Source of the DNA: Thermoplasmata archaeon
Lineage (GTDB): Archaea; Thermoplasmatota; Thermoplasmata; Lutacidiplasmatales; UBA184
Assembly (NCBI GenBank): GCA_035625085.1
Contig: DASPQG010000041.1
Location: 1-53,615 of the forward strand
Length of the DNA stretch: 53,615 nt
Direction of reading: 5' to 3'
The notes beneath the pieces were generated by a model. That model did no database searches. It saw only the letters and a program-made list of their open reading frames with translations, and was not told where the DNA came from. Both the position numbers and the translations under genes were made by a program. How positions within the stretch are numbered: the first letter of the stretch is position 1; every line of letters begins with the position of its first letter. This document shows, one piece after another, positions 1 to 8,804 of the stretch.

Positions 1-404
1 CGAACCTCCTCGCGACTCGGGAACTCCGGGATCACCCACCGCTCGGTCACTAGAAGATCGAGCCGGGTCTTAGCAGGACCCAGCGCCGTCAGCCGGTAGT
101 CAATTACCTCGCGGTCGTGCTCATCAATCTGGTCCGTATGCCATGCCGCGGGCGGATCGAGTCGGACGACGTCCACTGCTACCGCTGGGTCGTCCTTTCC
201 GGAAGGCGTAACGCGGATCCGCAGGACACGGCGCGGCGAGAGCTTCACGACCCGAAATCGCGGTTTCGGGTTCGACCTCGATAGCTTTCGGTCGTCCGAG
301 CGATAGTCGGTGCACCACTGGTAGACGTAGTTCAAGGGCGCTTCAATCACCTTGGAGACCCGAAGAACCTGGGTGGCGTACACCCGATGCCCCACGCCCG
401 GCAC
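1..404 (-). CDS. SRPBCC/START-like (helix-grip) protein, partial (3' end runs off the left edge)
   Basis: Minus-strand frame with no stop in the window, so it is absent from the ORF track. My translation reads ...VYATQVLRVSKVIEAPLNYVYQWCTDYRSDDRKLS...VVKLSPRRVLRIRVTPSG...VIDYRLTALGPAKTRLDLLVTERW. GTG at 404 lies 29 nt after the first T of a GCTTATC box (435-429). TTG 428 and GTG 383 are alternative starts. Confidence 0.5.
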   Translation of the reverse strand, partial: MPGVGHRVYATQVLRVSKVIEAPLNYVYQWCTDYRSDDRKLSRSNPKPRFRVVKLSPRRVLRIRVTPSGKDDPAVAVDVVRLDPPAAWHTDQIDEHDREVIDYRLTALGPAKTRLDLLVTERWVIPEFPSREEV

Positions 405-564
405 GGGGTCGACGGAAGCGCGTTGCAAGATAAGCCCCCGGCCGCGGTAGTATCGATCGACGGCGTTCCGGGTCCCCTTCGGAATCCCGTAAGTCTCGTT
501 CCCGGGGTGGATTTCCGGATTCTACGATGTCGAGGTTAATGTACCTCTGCCCGGTGGGATACCC

Positions 565-1005
565 ATGGCTCGAATCGACGACCAGGAAGGAAGCAAGTTC
601 GACGCACCGCTCGACGTTCTCTGGAAGTACCTCCAGGACCCCACGGCGCACGGAGGGGCTCACAAGAATTCCCGGAATCGGGGGATGAAGCCGGAGACGC
701 CCACCTCGTTCGTGGTCTCGTGGGAGCAAAACATGAACGGCAACTGGGTCAAGATCGCGAACCGGATCACGGTGTTCCCGCCGCTCGGCATGGCGGTCGA
801 AGCGATCGAGGGACCGATGGCCGGCTCGAAGATGTTCAACGTCTACACGTCCCACGGCAACAAGACCGAGGTCGCGATCTTCGGGGACATGCAGGCCTCG
901 GGGATGCCGCCCGCGCAGCTCGAGCCGATAGTGCGGGGCGCGTGGGAGATGGCGTTCAACGAGGACAGCGCGGGCATCCGCGAGTTCACGAAGCACCAGA
1001 AGTAG
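565..1005 (+). CDS. hypothetical protein, START/SRPBCC-like pattern (tentative)
   Basis: 146-aa ORF with an N-terminal ...FDAPLDVLWKYLQDP... motif typical of helix-grip proteins. ATG lies 29 nt after the GGTTAATGTA box (534-543). Divergent from the partial SRPBCC gene. Confidence 0.55.
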   Translation: MARIDDQEGSKFDAPLDVLWKYLQDPTAHGGAHKNSRNRGMKPETPTSFVVSWEQNMNGNWVKIANRITVFPPLGMAVEAIEGPMAGSKMFNVYTSHGNKTEVAIFGDMQASGMPPAQLEPIVRGAWEMAFNEDSAGIREFTKHQK

Positions 1006-1079
1006 GCCCCGCTTCGGCGGGCGGCCCCCGGGTTCCCGGCGCGTCAACCCCTTAACGAACCCCTTCCCTCCCCTTCCCG

Positions 1080-1646
1080 ATGGTTTTGGCCGACTCGCGC
1101 GCCGGGTCCGACCTCGTTACCTCCCCCTCGCAGATCGAGAAGGACGCCTACCGGCAGATCCACTTCCTCGAAGGCGAGCATGTCCAGCGGGTCTGGAAGA
1201 CCGCCCGTGGGTTCCTCGTCATGACCAATCTCCGGTGCATCGAGGTCTGGCGAAAGCCGCAGGTCTTCGCGGCGAGCGACTGGGTGGCCAGCCCGAGCTT
1301 CTTCTTCTACAACCTCGCTTCGCCCAAGGTGGAGTTCCATACCTTCCTGCGGCTCGCGGAGGAACGGGACGAGCGGGCCATCGTCATGCGACTCTTCCTC
1401 CACGATCCGTACGAGGTCGCGCAGGAGATCCAGGAGGCCCGTCTCGCCGGCCAGAACGAGTGGCTCCGACGGCGCGCCCTCGCAGAAGGCGCCCTCCGGC
1501 GTTCGAGGGAGATGTGGGAGGCGAGCCGCCCGTTCGAAGTCGGCGAGGGCGTGAAGCGGATGATGAAGGTGCGCTGCGGGTTCTGCGGGAACCTGATGGG
1601 GATCGCCGCGACGCGCTGCCCTTTTTGCGGGGCCCCTCAGCAGTAG
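1080..1646 (+). CDS. hypothetical protein with C-terminal zinc ribbon (CGFCG...CPFCG)
   Basis: 188-aa ORF. The C-terminal CxxC-x13-CxxC forms the zinc ribbon. ATG lies 28 nt after the CCCTTAACGAA box (1048-1058). Confidence 0.55.
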   Translation: MVLADSRAGSDLVTSPSQIEKDAYRQIHFLEGEHVQRVWKTARGFLVMTNLRCIEVWRKPQVFAASDWVASPSFFFYNLASPKVEFHTFLRLAEERDERAIVMRLFLHDPYEVAQEIQEARLAGQNEWLRRRALAEGALRRSREMWEASRPFEVGEGVKRMMKVRCGFCGNLMGIAATRCPFCGAPQQ

Positions 1647-1781
1647 CCACCGTCCATCCAGCGGCGGGTTTCACCCTCGTTCCGTGGCCGCCTTTCCTCA
1701 CCGAGGAGGTCGGAACTCGCGTGGAGGGGTGTCCGTCTCCATGGTCAAGATAAAGGGCGAGCGCGCCCTCGCCTCCTTCCG

Positions 1782-2657
1782 ATGATGCCGACTGCGACGG
1801 CCCCTCCGGAGGGGGCTACCAATCCTCCACTCCCAAGCCCTCCGCCTCCCACTTTCCCCGGGGCGGCTCCACCGCCCTCCCCCCTAACCCCTCCTCGCCG
1901 GAGCTGGATCTGGATCGCCGTCGTCGTCGCTGCGGTCGTGATCGTCGTGTTGGCAGTTCTGTTCGTCGCCGGCGTGTTCAGCTCGAACGCGGGCACCTCC
2001 TCCGTCCCTGACGGGACCCCCGTACCGTACAGCAAGGCGGTCGCCGTCGCTATCTCCGAGGGCCAGGTCGCTGTGGGCGGGCCATGGACCGTTGTGGTCG
2101 GGCTCGGAATCGGCGTCTCGAGCGGGCTCTCCGAGCCGCTCGGCCCCGCGCTCACGGGGAACGGATGCGCCTACGCCAATCCCCCCGGGGCTCCCTCCAG
2201 CGTTGTGATCCCCGGCACTCCCAGCAACGCCACCCCGGGGGAGGTCGCCTCGTGGGTGTTCCTTGCGAAGAACGTCTCCGGGACGGTGATTCTCATGATG
2301 TTCGTGAGCGACGGCACCGCCTCCCCCGTCAGCTATGTGACCGGCTGCTCGGGGGTCGCATCGTTCAGCGCGGAGAGCGCGATCAACGCCACCAACGTCG
2401 TGGACTCCACGACGATCGCCGCTTCCCTCGACGCGAGCGGAGGCTCCGCCTTCCTCGCGAACCACACGTCGGCGACCAAGATGTTCGTCATCCTTGGCGC
2501 CGGTTCGGCGTTCGGTGGGTCGGCCTTCTGGGAGGCCTCGTACTCCACCTGCGGGTTCGGAGCGGTGGGCGGTAGCGGTGCCGCGTTCGTGGCGTACTAT
2601 TATGCGAGCTCGGGGTCGATCTTCAACGGGCCCACATCGTCGCAGATCACCTGCTGA
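1782..2657 (+). CDS. N-terminally anchored extracellular protein (Pro-rich head, one TM, Ser/Gly/Ala-rich ectodomain with 4 Cys)
   Basis: 291-aa ORF with TM segment WIWIAVVVAAVVIVVLAVLFVAGVF and several N-x-S/T sequons. AAGATAAAGG box at 1747-1756. Confidence 0.5.
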   Translation: MMPTATAPPEGATNPPLPSPPPPTFPGAAPPPSPLTPPRRSWIWIAVVVAAVVIVVLAVLFVAGVFSSNAGTSSVPDGTPVPYSKAVAVAISEGQVAVGGPWTVVVGLGIGVSSGLSEPLGPALTGNGCAYANPPGAPSSVVIPGTPSNATPGEVASWVFLAKNVSGTVILMMFVSDGTASPVSYVTGCSGVASFSAESAINATNVVDSTTIAASLDASGGSAFLANHTSATKMFVILGAGSAFGGSAFWEASYSTCGFGAVGGSGAAFVAYYYASSGSIFNGPTSSQITC

Positions 2658-2805
2658 ACGCTCCGCTCCTTACCGGGTCGGGACGCATCTCTAGAGAGAC
2701 GCGGGCCAACTCGGGCTCGAGTCCCTACCTCCCCTATCTCGTCGCGCCTGTTTTGGTCCCGACCCTTTACATAGGGGAGGACGCTCTCCCGGACCCGCGG
2801 CGGCC

Positions 2806-3336
2806 ATGATGGCAGCTCCTTCGCAGACAATCCCGGACCCGGTGGTCGTTTCCCAACGCCCCGTCCAAGGTTCCGGGGGAACCCTGGGGGCGATGGTGAT
2901 GACCCTCGTCGGGGCCGCCCTGATCTTTCTCCAGTCGGTGGAGCTGCTCCTCGTGGGAAGCTTCTACAAGGTCCCCCTCTGGGGCTCTCTCGACCTCACG
3001 GCGACGGACTTGGGGGGGTTCGGCCTCTTCGTGGCGTTCGCCCTGATCCTGCTCGCGATCCTCCTCTTCTTCGTTCCCGGGCGCCACCTCGTGCTCGGCG
3101 TCGGGATGCTGACGTTCTCTCTCCTCAGCCTGTACAGCGGCGGCGGAGCGATTCTCGGCTTCCTTCTCTGCTACGTCGCGAGCCTGATCGCGATCTTCGC
3201 GCGGCCGCGGCTGGTGGCGCGGGCGGTGCCCCGGGTGCGGTCGGCCGAAGCGGCGGAGGACCCTGTCGTCGAGGCGGACCTGCTGGACTCGGGATTCGCT
3301 CCGACGACCGCTCCGGCCGAGTCCCGGACCCCGTAG
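2806..3336 (+). CDS. small integral membrane protein (about 4 TM)
   Basis: 176-aa ORF with successive hydrophobic helices. No recognisable family. Confidence 0.45.
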   Translation: MMAAPSQTIPDPVVVSQRPVQGSGGTLGAMVMTLVGAALIFLQSVELLLVGSFYKVPLWGSLDLTATDLGGFGLFVAFALILLAILLFFVPGRHLVLGVGMLTFSLLSLYSGGGAILGFLLCYVASLIAIFARPRLVARAVPRVRSAEAAEDPVVEADLLDSGFAPTTAPAESRTP

Positions 3337-3378
3337 CGCCGACCGGGATCTCGAACTCGCGTGGTTCGCTCGGGTCTA

Positions 3379-4341
3379 CTATCGCGAGTGGGAAGACGGG
3401 ACCGGGACCCGAGCCCGGGTAGGTAGGGATTCGGCCCACTTTCGGTCCACGTACTTTCGGAGCGAGCCGACCTGGTCGATGTGCTCCTCGACGATCTCGA
3501 CGCGGGACATGCCCACGCCCGGGATTCGAGCGACGTCCTCGGCGATCTGGCTCGCCATCGAGACCTTCGGCAGGACCAAACTGTAGAGGCCGATGTCGGT
3601 CCAGACGCCCGCGAAGATCATCCGATCCCGCACGAGCGCGAGGATCCGTCGCTCCGCCTCATGGCGAGCCGCCGGAGAGGAGAAGGCGACGATCAGGTCC
3701 GTCGGGACGCATCCGGAGAGGGCCCGGTAGTCCAACGTGGCCACGCACAGAACCGCGTGGCTGCGGACCAGCTTCGATACTCTTCGTTTGATCGTACGGA
3801 CGGAGACGCCGAGCTCCCGGGCGAGGTCCGCGTATCGCGCGAAGCTCCCCTGAACGAGACGGGAGACGAGCTTCCATTCCGGTGGAGAAAGGGTCTCGTG
3901 GCAGGGAGGATACGGAACGACCGAAAAGAAGCCGCCCGAGGCGCCGGTGATTCCTAGGATGGACTCCAGCGTCTGCTCCCGGGCGACGGTATCGGGATAG
4001 ACGAACGCGACCCCGACGAGGGTCCCGCGGAAGTTCTGAATGAAGTAGACGCCCTCGAGCGCCCGCAACCGGTTGATCACGTCGCGTTTCCGGTGGCTAT
4101 GCGAAACCTCGACCGCGTACGCACCGGCCTCGAGTCCCAGCACGCTCGGGTTCGCGTAGACCGACGAGCCGGTGAGAACTCCAGACGCGTACAGCCGGTT
4201 GATCCGATTCCGCGCCGTCCCCGGCGACACCGAGACGGCCCGGGCGATCTCTCGGTACGAGGCGCGGAAGCCCGGCCGCCCGGGGAGCACACCGCTCGCC
4301 TGGTTCAGCTCCCGTAGGATTTGGACGTCGAGGTCGTCCAT
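3379..4341 (-). CDS. Lrp/AsnC-family transcriptional regulator, tandem HTH type
   Basis: N terminus MDDLDVQILRELNQ... matches the AsnC-type HTH. A second HTH lies near residue 160 (FARYADLARELGVSVRTIKRRV). Confidence 0.7.
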   Translation of the reverse strand: MDDLDVQILRELNQASGVLPGRPGFRASYREIARAVSVSPGTARNRINRLYASGVLTGSSVYANPSVLGLEAGAYAVEVSHSHRKRDVINRLRALEGVYFIQNFRGTLVGVAFVYPDTVAREQTLESILGITGASGGFFSVVPYPPCHETLSPPEWKLVSRLVQGSFARYADLARELGVSVRTIKRRVSKLVRSHAVLCVATLDYRALSGCVPTDLIVAFSSPAARHEAERRILALVRDRMIFAGVWTDIGLYSLVLPKVSMASQIAEDVARIPGVGMSRVEIVEEHIDQVGSLRKYVDRKWAESLPTRARVPVPSSHSR

Positions 4342-4441
4342 GCGCGGGTTCCCAGAGCACTACCAGTACGGTGGGACGAGGCTTGGCCCTTTTGGTCAGT
4401 TTCGTTGAGCGCAGTTCTAACTAGGGGACTTCGGTGGGGGC

Positions 4442-7400
4442 TTGAGGTCGTCGTCCGCGCCGTCTCTGATGCTCCGAACTACTGCTCTCGCCTACCGGAC
4501 CCCGACCCTCCCCGACTCCACTGCGTCGGCCCGCCCGACCCCGGGTGGGTTCCGAGGACACGGGACGCGCACGCGCTGGGCGGTGGTGCTCGCGGTCTCG
4601 ATCGTGGTGCTGCTGCTCGCCGAGGGCTTCCAGGATGTCGCGACGCTGCCGCGGCCCACATCCCCAACGAGCCCGGCCTCCTCAGCGGCTCAGCCTGCGG
4701 CGAGCCCAACGAGCGCGCCGACACCGACCGCGGCCGCGAGCCCGGTGCCCGCCCCATCCTCGCCCGGATACGCGTCGCTCTGTTTCCTCAACGTTCTCCC
4801 TCAATGCGCGGCACGCGCCGGTGAGCCCGTCGCGAATCCAGTACCTCTCAACTCGGACCCGCCGCCGTCCTGGACGAACATCACCCCTCCGAAGGGCCAG
4901 CCGAACCCGAACGGCCGATTCCTCCCTTCGATGGCGTACGACCCCGCGACGCACAATGTCCTACTGTTCGGAGGCTACGGGGAGCTCGGCCTCGGACCGT
5001 GGGTGTTCTTCCAGGACACCTGGGCGTTCTCCGCGGGCCACTGGAAGGAACTGATTGCAAACACGAGCTGCACGCCCACCACGTGCCCTTCGCCGCGGGC
5101 CGGGGCGATGCTCGCGTACGACGCCGCCGAGAACGGGGTGATCCTGTACGGCGGCTACGTTTACACGCCGTCGATCGAGGTCGTCTCCTTCAGCGACACC
5201 TGGCTTTTCTCCGGCGGGCATTGGACGAACCTCACGGCCTCGGCCGGAACTCCGCCCTCGCCCCGCTCTGTCGGCAGCATGGTCTGGGACTCGTACGACA
5301 ACTACGTCCTCCTCTTTGGCGGGGAGCTCTCCGGGTTCGTCTCCGCCAAGGACACCTGGAAGTTCGACGGCACGTGGACGAACATCTCGGGGACGGTCGG
5401 GACGGCGCCCGGGGCCCGCGACGGAGCGGCAATCGCCGACTCTCCCTCCGGGTACATCCTGCTGTTCGGGGGCGAGCATGGCGGTGTCCTCTACTCGGAC
5501 GTCGGGGGCTGCGGCGACTCGGCCGTGGCGTGGTGGTTCTTCGCCGGCAAGTGGATCGAGATGCAGATCACCCCGCCGTGCATCAACTCCCCCGAAGGGC
5601 CGGTCGGGGACGCCTCGATTGTCGGGAGCTTCCCACCCTGCGGTCGGATCGAGGCCGGCCTCGGATGGAGCCCGCCGAACAACCGGTTCGTGCTGTTCGG
5701 TGGCCAAGGGTACCCGGTCGAGACTCCGTCGGCCTGCACGGGGTTCCAGTACACCTTCCTCAACGACTCGTGGACCTACCAGAATCCCCCGGGCAGCGGC
5801 TACTTCTGGAAGAACGCGACCGACCCCGGGTTCGTCGGCGACCCTCCGGCTCGGTACGAGATGGGGTACGCCGCGGACTTTACGGACAAGTACTTCGCGA
5901 TCTTCGGCGGCTACCCTGGGCTCGGCTCGCTCAACGACACTTGGCGGTTCAACGAGGTCGTCCACGCCCAGCTCACGGGCCCGTCGTCGATCGACACGAA
6001 CTCGAGCCACTTCACCTTCAAGGTCCCGTTCACCGTCACCGGCTACGGCGGGAGCGGATTCCTCAACTACCGATTCTCGATCACCGGCCTCAAGACCGGT
6101 AACGCCCTCACTGGCTCCGGCTGCGCGCCGCTCACCAACAAGGTCGGGAACTACTCACTCCCATACGACGGGGTCGAGAACGTCGCCTGCACGCCGAGCT
6201 CGGCGAGCTACAACGTCTATCGGTTGACGGTCACCGTCTTCGACCTCCACAACAATAGTCCGGGCGCCCGAGCGACCGCCAACTGGACGTTCAGCGTGCT
6301 CCCGCCCGAGACGGCGTCGATCTACTCCGAGTTCAAGGGGTACTTCTACACCGGCATCAACCTCGACGACAACTTCAGCGCCCTCCTCAAGGTCGCGAAC
6401 CGCGGGCCGGCCACGGTCTCGGCGACCCTCGGCGGTGCCCCGCTCACCTTCACGCCGCGTACCGGTGCGGGCTCGGTCTGGTGGGACGCGGGCCCCGTCA
6501 ACATGGGCAACCTCGCCCCCGGGGCGACACTCGATCTCACGGCCTCGTTCAAGAACTGGACCCTGAACGCGACGTACTCCGTCCAGATCATCAATACCCC
6601 GTTCTGGCTGCTCGCCTTGGTCGAGCTGCCCGGGACGAGCCATATCGTCACCCCGCACGGCTCGGGTCGGTTCAACAAGACCTGGTCGATCACCGACGTC
6701 TACGACTGGAACATTGGACAGGCGTTCGGGTTCAACCTCCCGATCCCGCTCGCGGGCGGCAACTACTCGCTGATCCCCGGGTTCACGATCACCTCGGGGA
6801 TCGACTCGGGCGGCAACGTGAGCCTCACCGGGTCGTTCAAGTTCAACAGCTCGAAGATCGACCTCGGTCCGGCGAGCATCGAGATCACGGCGAAGATCAG
6901 CCTCACCGGCACGTTCGCGCTCGTGACGGAAGGCCCGGACGTCAGCGGGATCAACTGGGTCAGCGCGACGGCGAAGGTCTCGGTCACGGGAGACTTCTCC
7001 GCGAGCGTACCAATCTACGGATTCAACATTCTCGGGATCGACATCGGGTTCACACTCGACATCGAGCTCGATCCGTCGATCGCCCTCTCGCTCATCCTCG
7101 TTCCGACGACCGACACCTCTTCGGAGATCATCCCCGGACTCCAAGTCGCGCTCTCGGCACTCCTCGGCAGCTTCGAGCTTCCGCTCTCCGTCTCGGTCTC
7201 GTTCGGCATCGGCATCGCCTCGGTGGCGATCGGCGGCACGCTCTCGGTCGCGCTCACCTTCACGCTCCTGCCGAGCCTCGGGATCTCCGCCGGCTGGGTG
7301 AACGGCTCGCTCTTCGTGTCGGCCTCGGCGCTGTTCTGGTCCGACCAGTGGACGCTCCTCGGTCCGGCGGTGATCTATAGCTGGGGCGCCGCGGCGCCCC

Positions 7401-8794
7401 TAGTTCCGGCCCGGATGGCGGGCCGGGAGCCGGCATACAACAACGGCACCGGCACCACCTGGAAGCTCGACTCGCGCTACTACTCCGTCAACGGCTACGA
7501 CCAGAACGTCTGGAACCCGGCGGCGACCGGTGGGCCGGCGGTCTCGGACATCTACCCGTACACCACCGTCTCCGCGGCCCCGGGGTACGACGGTGGCTAC
7601 CTCTACTACACCGACGACAACCCGGGTGTCCCGGTCAACCAGGGCCTCGGAGTCTCCGCCCTCAAGCTGAACGCTTCGACGAACGCCCTCGCCTCCGTCG
7701 CCCCTCCCAGCGATCCCGGCTACCTCCTCGAGGGTCCGCAGGCTGCGACGCTCGCGAGCGGGAGCCAGTTCGTGGCGTGGGCGGCCCTTCCGGTGGCCGA
7801 GGAGACGATGGCGAACCCGACCGACCTCTCGTCGCTCGGTCTCCACGGGGCCATCTACTCTCCGGCCAACCGCTCCTGGGGTCCGGTACGCGCGTTCGCG
7901 AACTGGGGGATTGCGGAGTCGTACCGCGTCGATCCCCTCGGTGGCGGCGGCGTGCTGCTCGCGCTGATCTCCCCGACGTTCCTCGTCGGGACCTCGACCC
8001 CTGAGCGGCTCGTCGCCTTCAACCTCACGACCGGCGCCGAGCTCTCGAACGTCAGCGTCACGGGCGTCTCCTCGCTGCTCTCGCTCCGCGCGAACCTTGG
8101 GGATGCGGTGGCGCGCAGCGTCTCGGGAAACGACTCGGTCATCGAGTACGCCGCCGGCGCGCTCGTGCCCGTCTCGGTGACCGTCCCGACGAACACCTCG
8201 GTGCTCACGGAGAGCTTCGTCGCGGGCTCGAGTTCGACCCTGCTGATCCTGTACCGGGAGCCAACGGCGACCGAGCTCGTGCTCTACGACCTTGCGACGA
8301 ACTCCGTGATCGTGTCGAAGCCGCTCGATCAGAGCATGGTCGCGGGGACGGGCTTCTTCGGGACGGGAACGTACTACCTCTTCGCCCGATCCAACTCGGC
8401 GATCTTCGGTTGGACCGAGGTCGGCGGGACGTTCCAGAACCTTTCGACGTTCGCGGTTGCCCACATCGAGAGCTTCGGTGTCGTGCAGACCGGTCCCGCG
8501 CTCCTTGTCTACGCCCTCTCCACGAACGGCAACACGACGGCACCCCTCGTCACCCTCTCCCTCGAAGAGGTCGGCGCGGCCCTACCGGAGACCCCCGGAC
8601 GTCCCGCCCCGCCGCCCTCTCAGACCCCGCCCCCCTCGACCGTCGTGAAGACCGTCACCACCCCGAACACCACGCTCTACCTCGAGTACCTCGCGATCGC
8701 GGGCGTTGCGGTCGTGGTGCTACTCGCGGTCATCGCGATCGCGACCCGGAAGCGGTCCAAGGCACCGCCGAGCCCTCCGGAGGGCCACCCCTAG
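4442..8794 (+). CDS. giant Kelch-repeat beta-propeller surface protein, N-terminal signal anchor and C-terminal TM anchor
   Basis: 1450-aa ORF. Repeated blades follow hhhFGG...DTW.F..G.WTN[IL][ST]. Also has Pro/Thr-rich linkers, many sequons and C-terminal LAIAGVAVVVLLAVIAIATRKRSK. TTG 4442 lies 27 nt after a TTCTAACTA box. ATG 4469 is an alternative start. Confidence 0.75.
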   Translation: MRSSSAPSLMLRTTALAYRTPTLPDSTASARPTPGGFRGHGTRTRWAVVLAVSIVVLLLAEGFQDVATLPRPTSPTSPASSAAQPAASPTSAPTPTAAASPVPAPSSPGYASLCFLNVLPQCAARAGEPVANPVPLNSDPPPSWTNITPPKGQPNPNGRFLPSMAYDPATHNVLLFGGYGELGLGPWVFFQDTWAFSAGHWKELIANTSCTPTTCPSPRAGAMLAYDAAENGVILYGGYVYTPSIEVVSFSDTWLFSGGHWTNLTASAGTPPSPRSVGSMVWDSYDNYVLLFGGELSGFVSAKDTWKFDGTWTNISGTVGTAPGARDGAAIADSPSGYILLFGGEHGGVLYSDVGGCGDSAVAWWFFAGKWIEMQITPPCINSPEGPVGDASIVGSFPPCGRIEAGLGWSPPNNRFVLFGGQGYPVETPSACTGFQYTFLNDSWTYQNPPGSGYFWKNATDPGFVGDPPARYEMGYAADFTDKYFAIFGGYPGLGSLNDTWRFNEVVHAQLTGPSSIDTNSSHFTFKVPFTVTGYGGSGFLNYRFSITGLKTGNALTGSGCAPLTNKVGNYSLPYDGVENVACTPSSASYNVYRLTVTVFDLHNNSPGARATANWTFSVLPPETASIYSEFKGYFYTGINLDDNFSALLKVANRGPATVSATLGGAPLTFTPRTGAGSVWWDAGPVNMGNLAPGATLDLTASFKNWTLNATYSVQIINTPFWLLALVELPGTSHIVTPHGSGRFNKTWSITDVYDWNIGQAFGFNLPIPLAGGNYSLIPGFTITSGIDSGGNVSLTGSFKFNSSKIDLGPASIEITAKISLTGTFALVTEGPDVSGINWVSATAKVSVTGDFSASVPIYGFNILGIDIGFTLDIELDPSIALSLILVPTTDTSSEIIPGLQVALSALLGSFELPLSVSVSFGIGIASVAIGGTLSVALTFTLLPSLGISAGWVNGSLFVSASALFWSDQWTLLGPAVIYSWGAAAPLVPARMAGREPAYNNGTGTTWKLDSRYYSVNGYDQNVWNPAATGGPAVSDIYPYTTVSAAPGYDGGYLYYTDDNPGVPVNQGLGVSALKLNASTNALASVAPPSDPGYLLEGPQAATLASGSQFVAWAALPVAEETMANPTDLSSLGLHGAIYSPANRSWGPVRAFANWGIAESYRVDPLGGGGVLLALISPTFLVGTSTPERLVAFNLTTGAELSNVSVTGVSSLLSLRANLGDAVARSVSGNDSVIEYAAGALVPVSVTVPTNTSVLTESFVAGSSSTLLILYREPTATELVLYDLATNSVIVSKPLDQSMVAGTGFFGTGTYYLFARSNSAIFGWTEVGGTFQNLSTFAVAHIESFGVVQTGPALLVYALSTNGNTTAPLVTLSLEEVGAALPETPGRPAPPPSQTPPPSTVVKTVTTPNTTLYLEYLAIAGVAVVVLLAVIAIATRKRSKAPPSPPEGHP

Positions 8795-8804
8795 GGAGGG
8801 CAAC

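Noticed and set aside
343-1047. 234-aa minus-strand ORF overlapping the 565-1005 gene.
   Set aside because: The sequence is junk-like and Arg-rich. The real minus-strand gene in this area is in another frame (1-404), and the plus-strand ORF has a well-placed promoter.
8560-8794. Checked the C termini of the three large surface proteins (also 10700-10835 and 20366-20640) for PGF-CTERM/archaeosortase or other sorting signals.
   Set aside because: No PGF or similar tripartite motif is present. There is only a Pro/Thr linker, a hydrophobic helix and basic residues, so I call a plain TM anchor.
8706-8804. N-terminal extension of the second Kelch gene (TTG 8706), and similar extensions at 12412-12672, 17444-17581, 22823-22897, 43692-43787 and 49737-50033.
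   Set aside because: The extensions overlap the neighbouring gene or its promoter, are Arg/Ser/Pro-rich, and precede an obvious signal peptide or conserved N terminus. Internal starts have a Shine-Dalgarno sequence or a correctly spaced TATA box.
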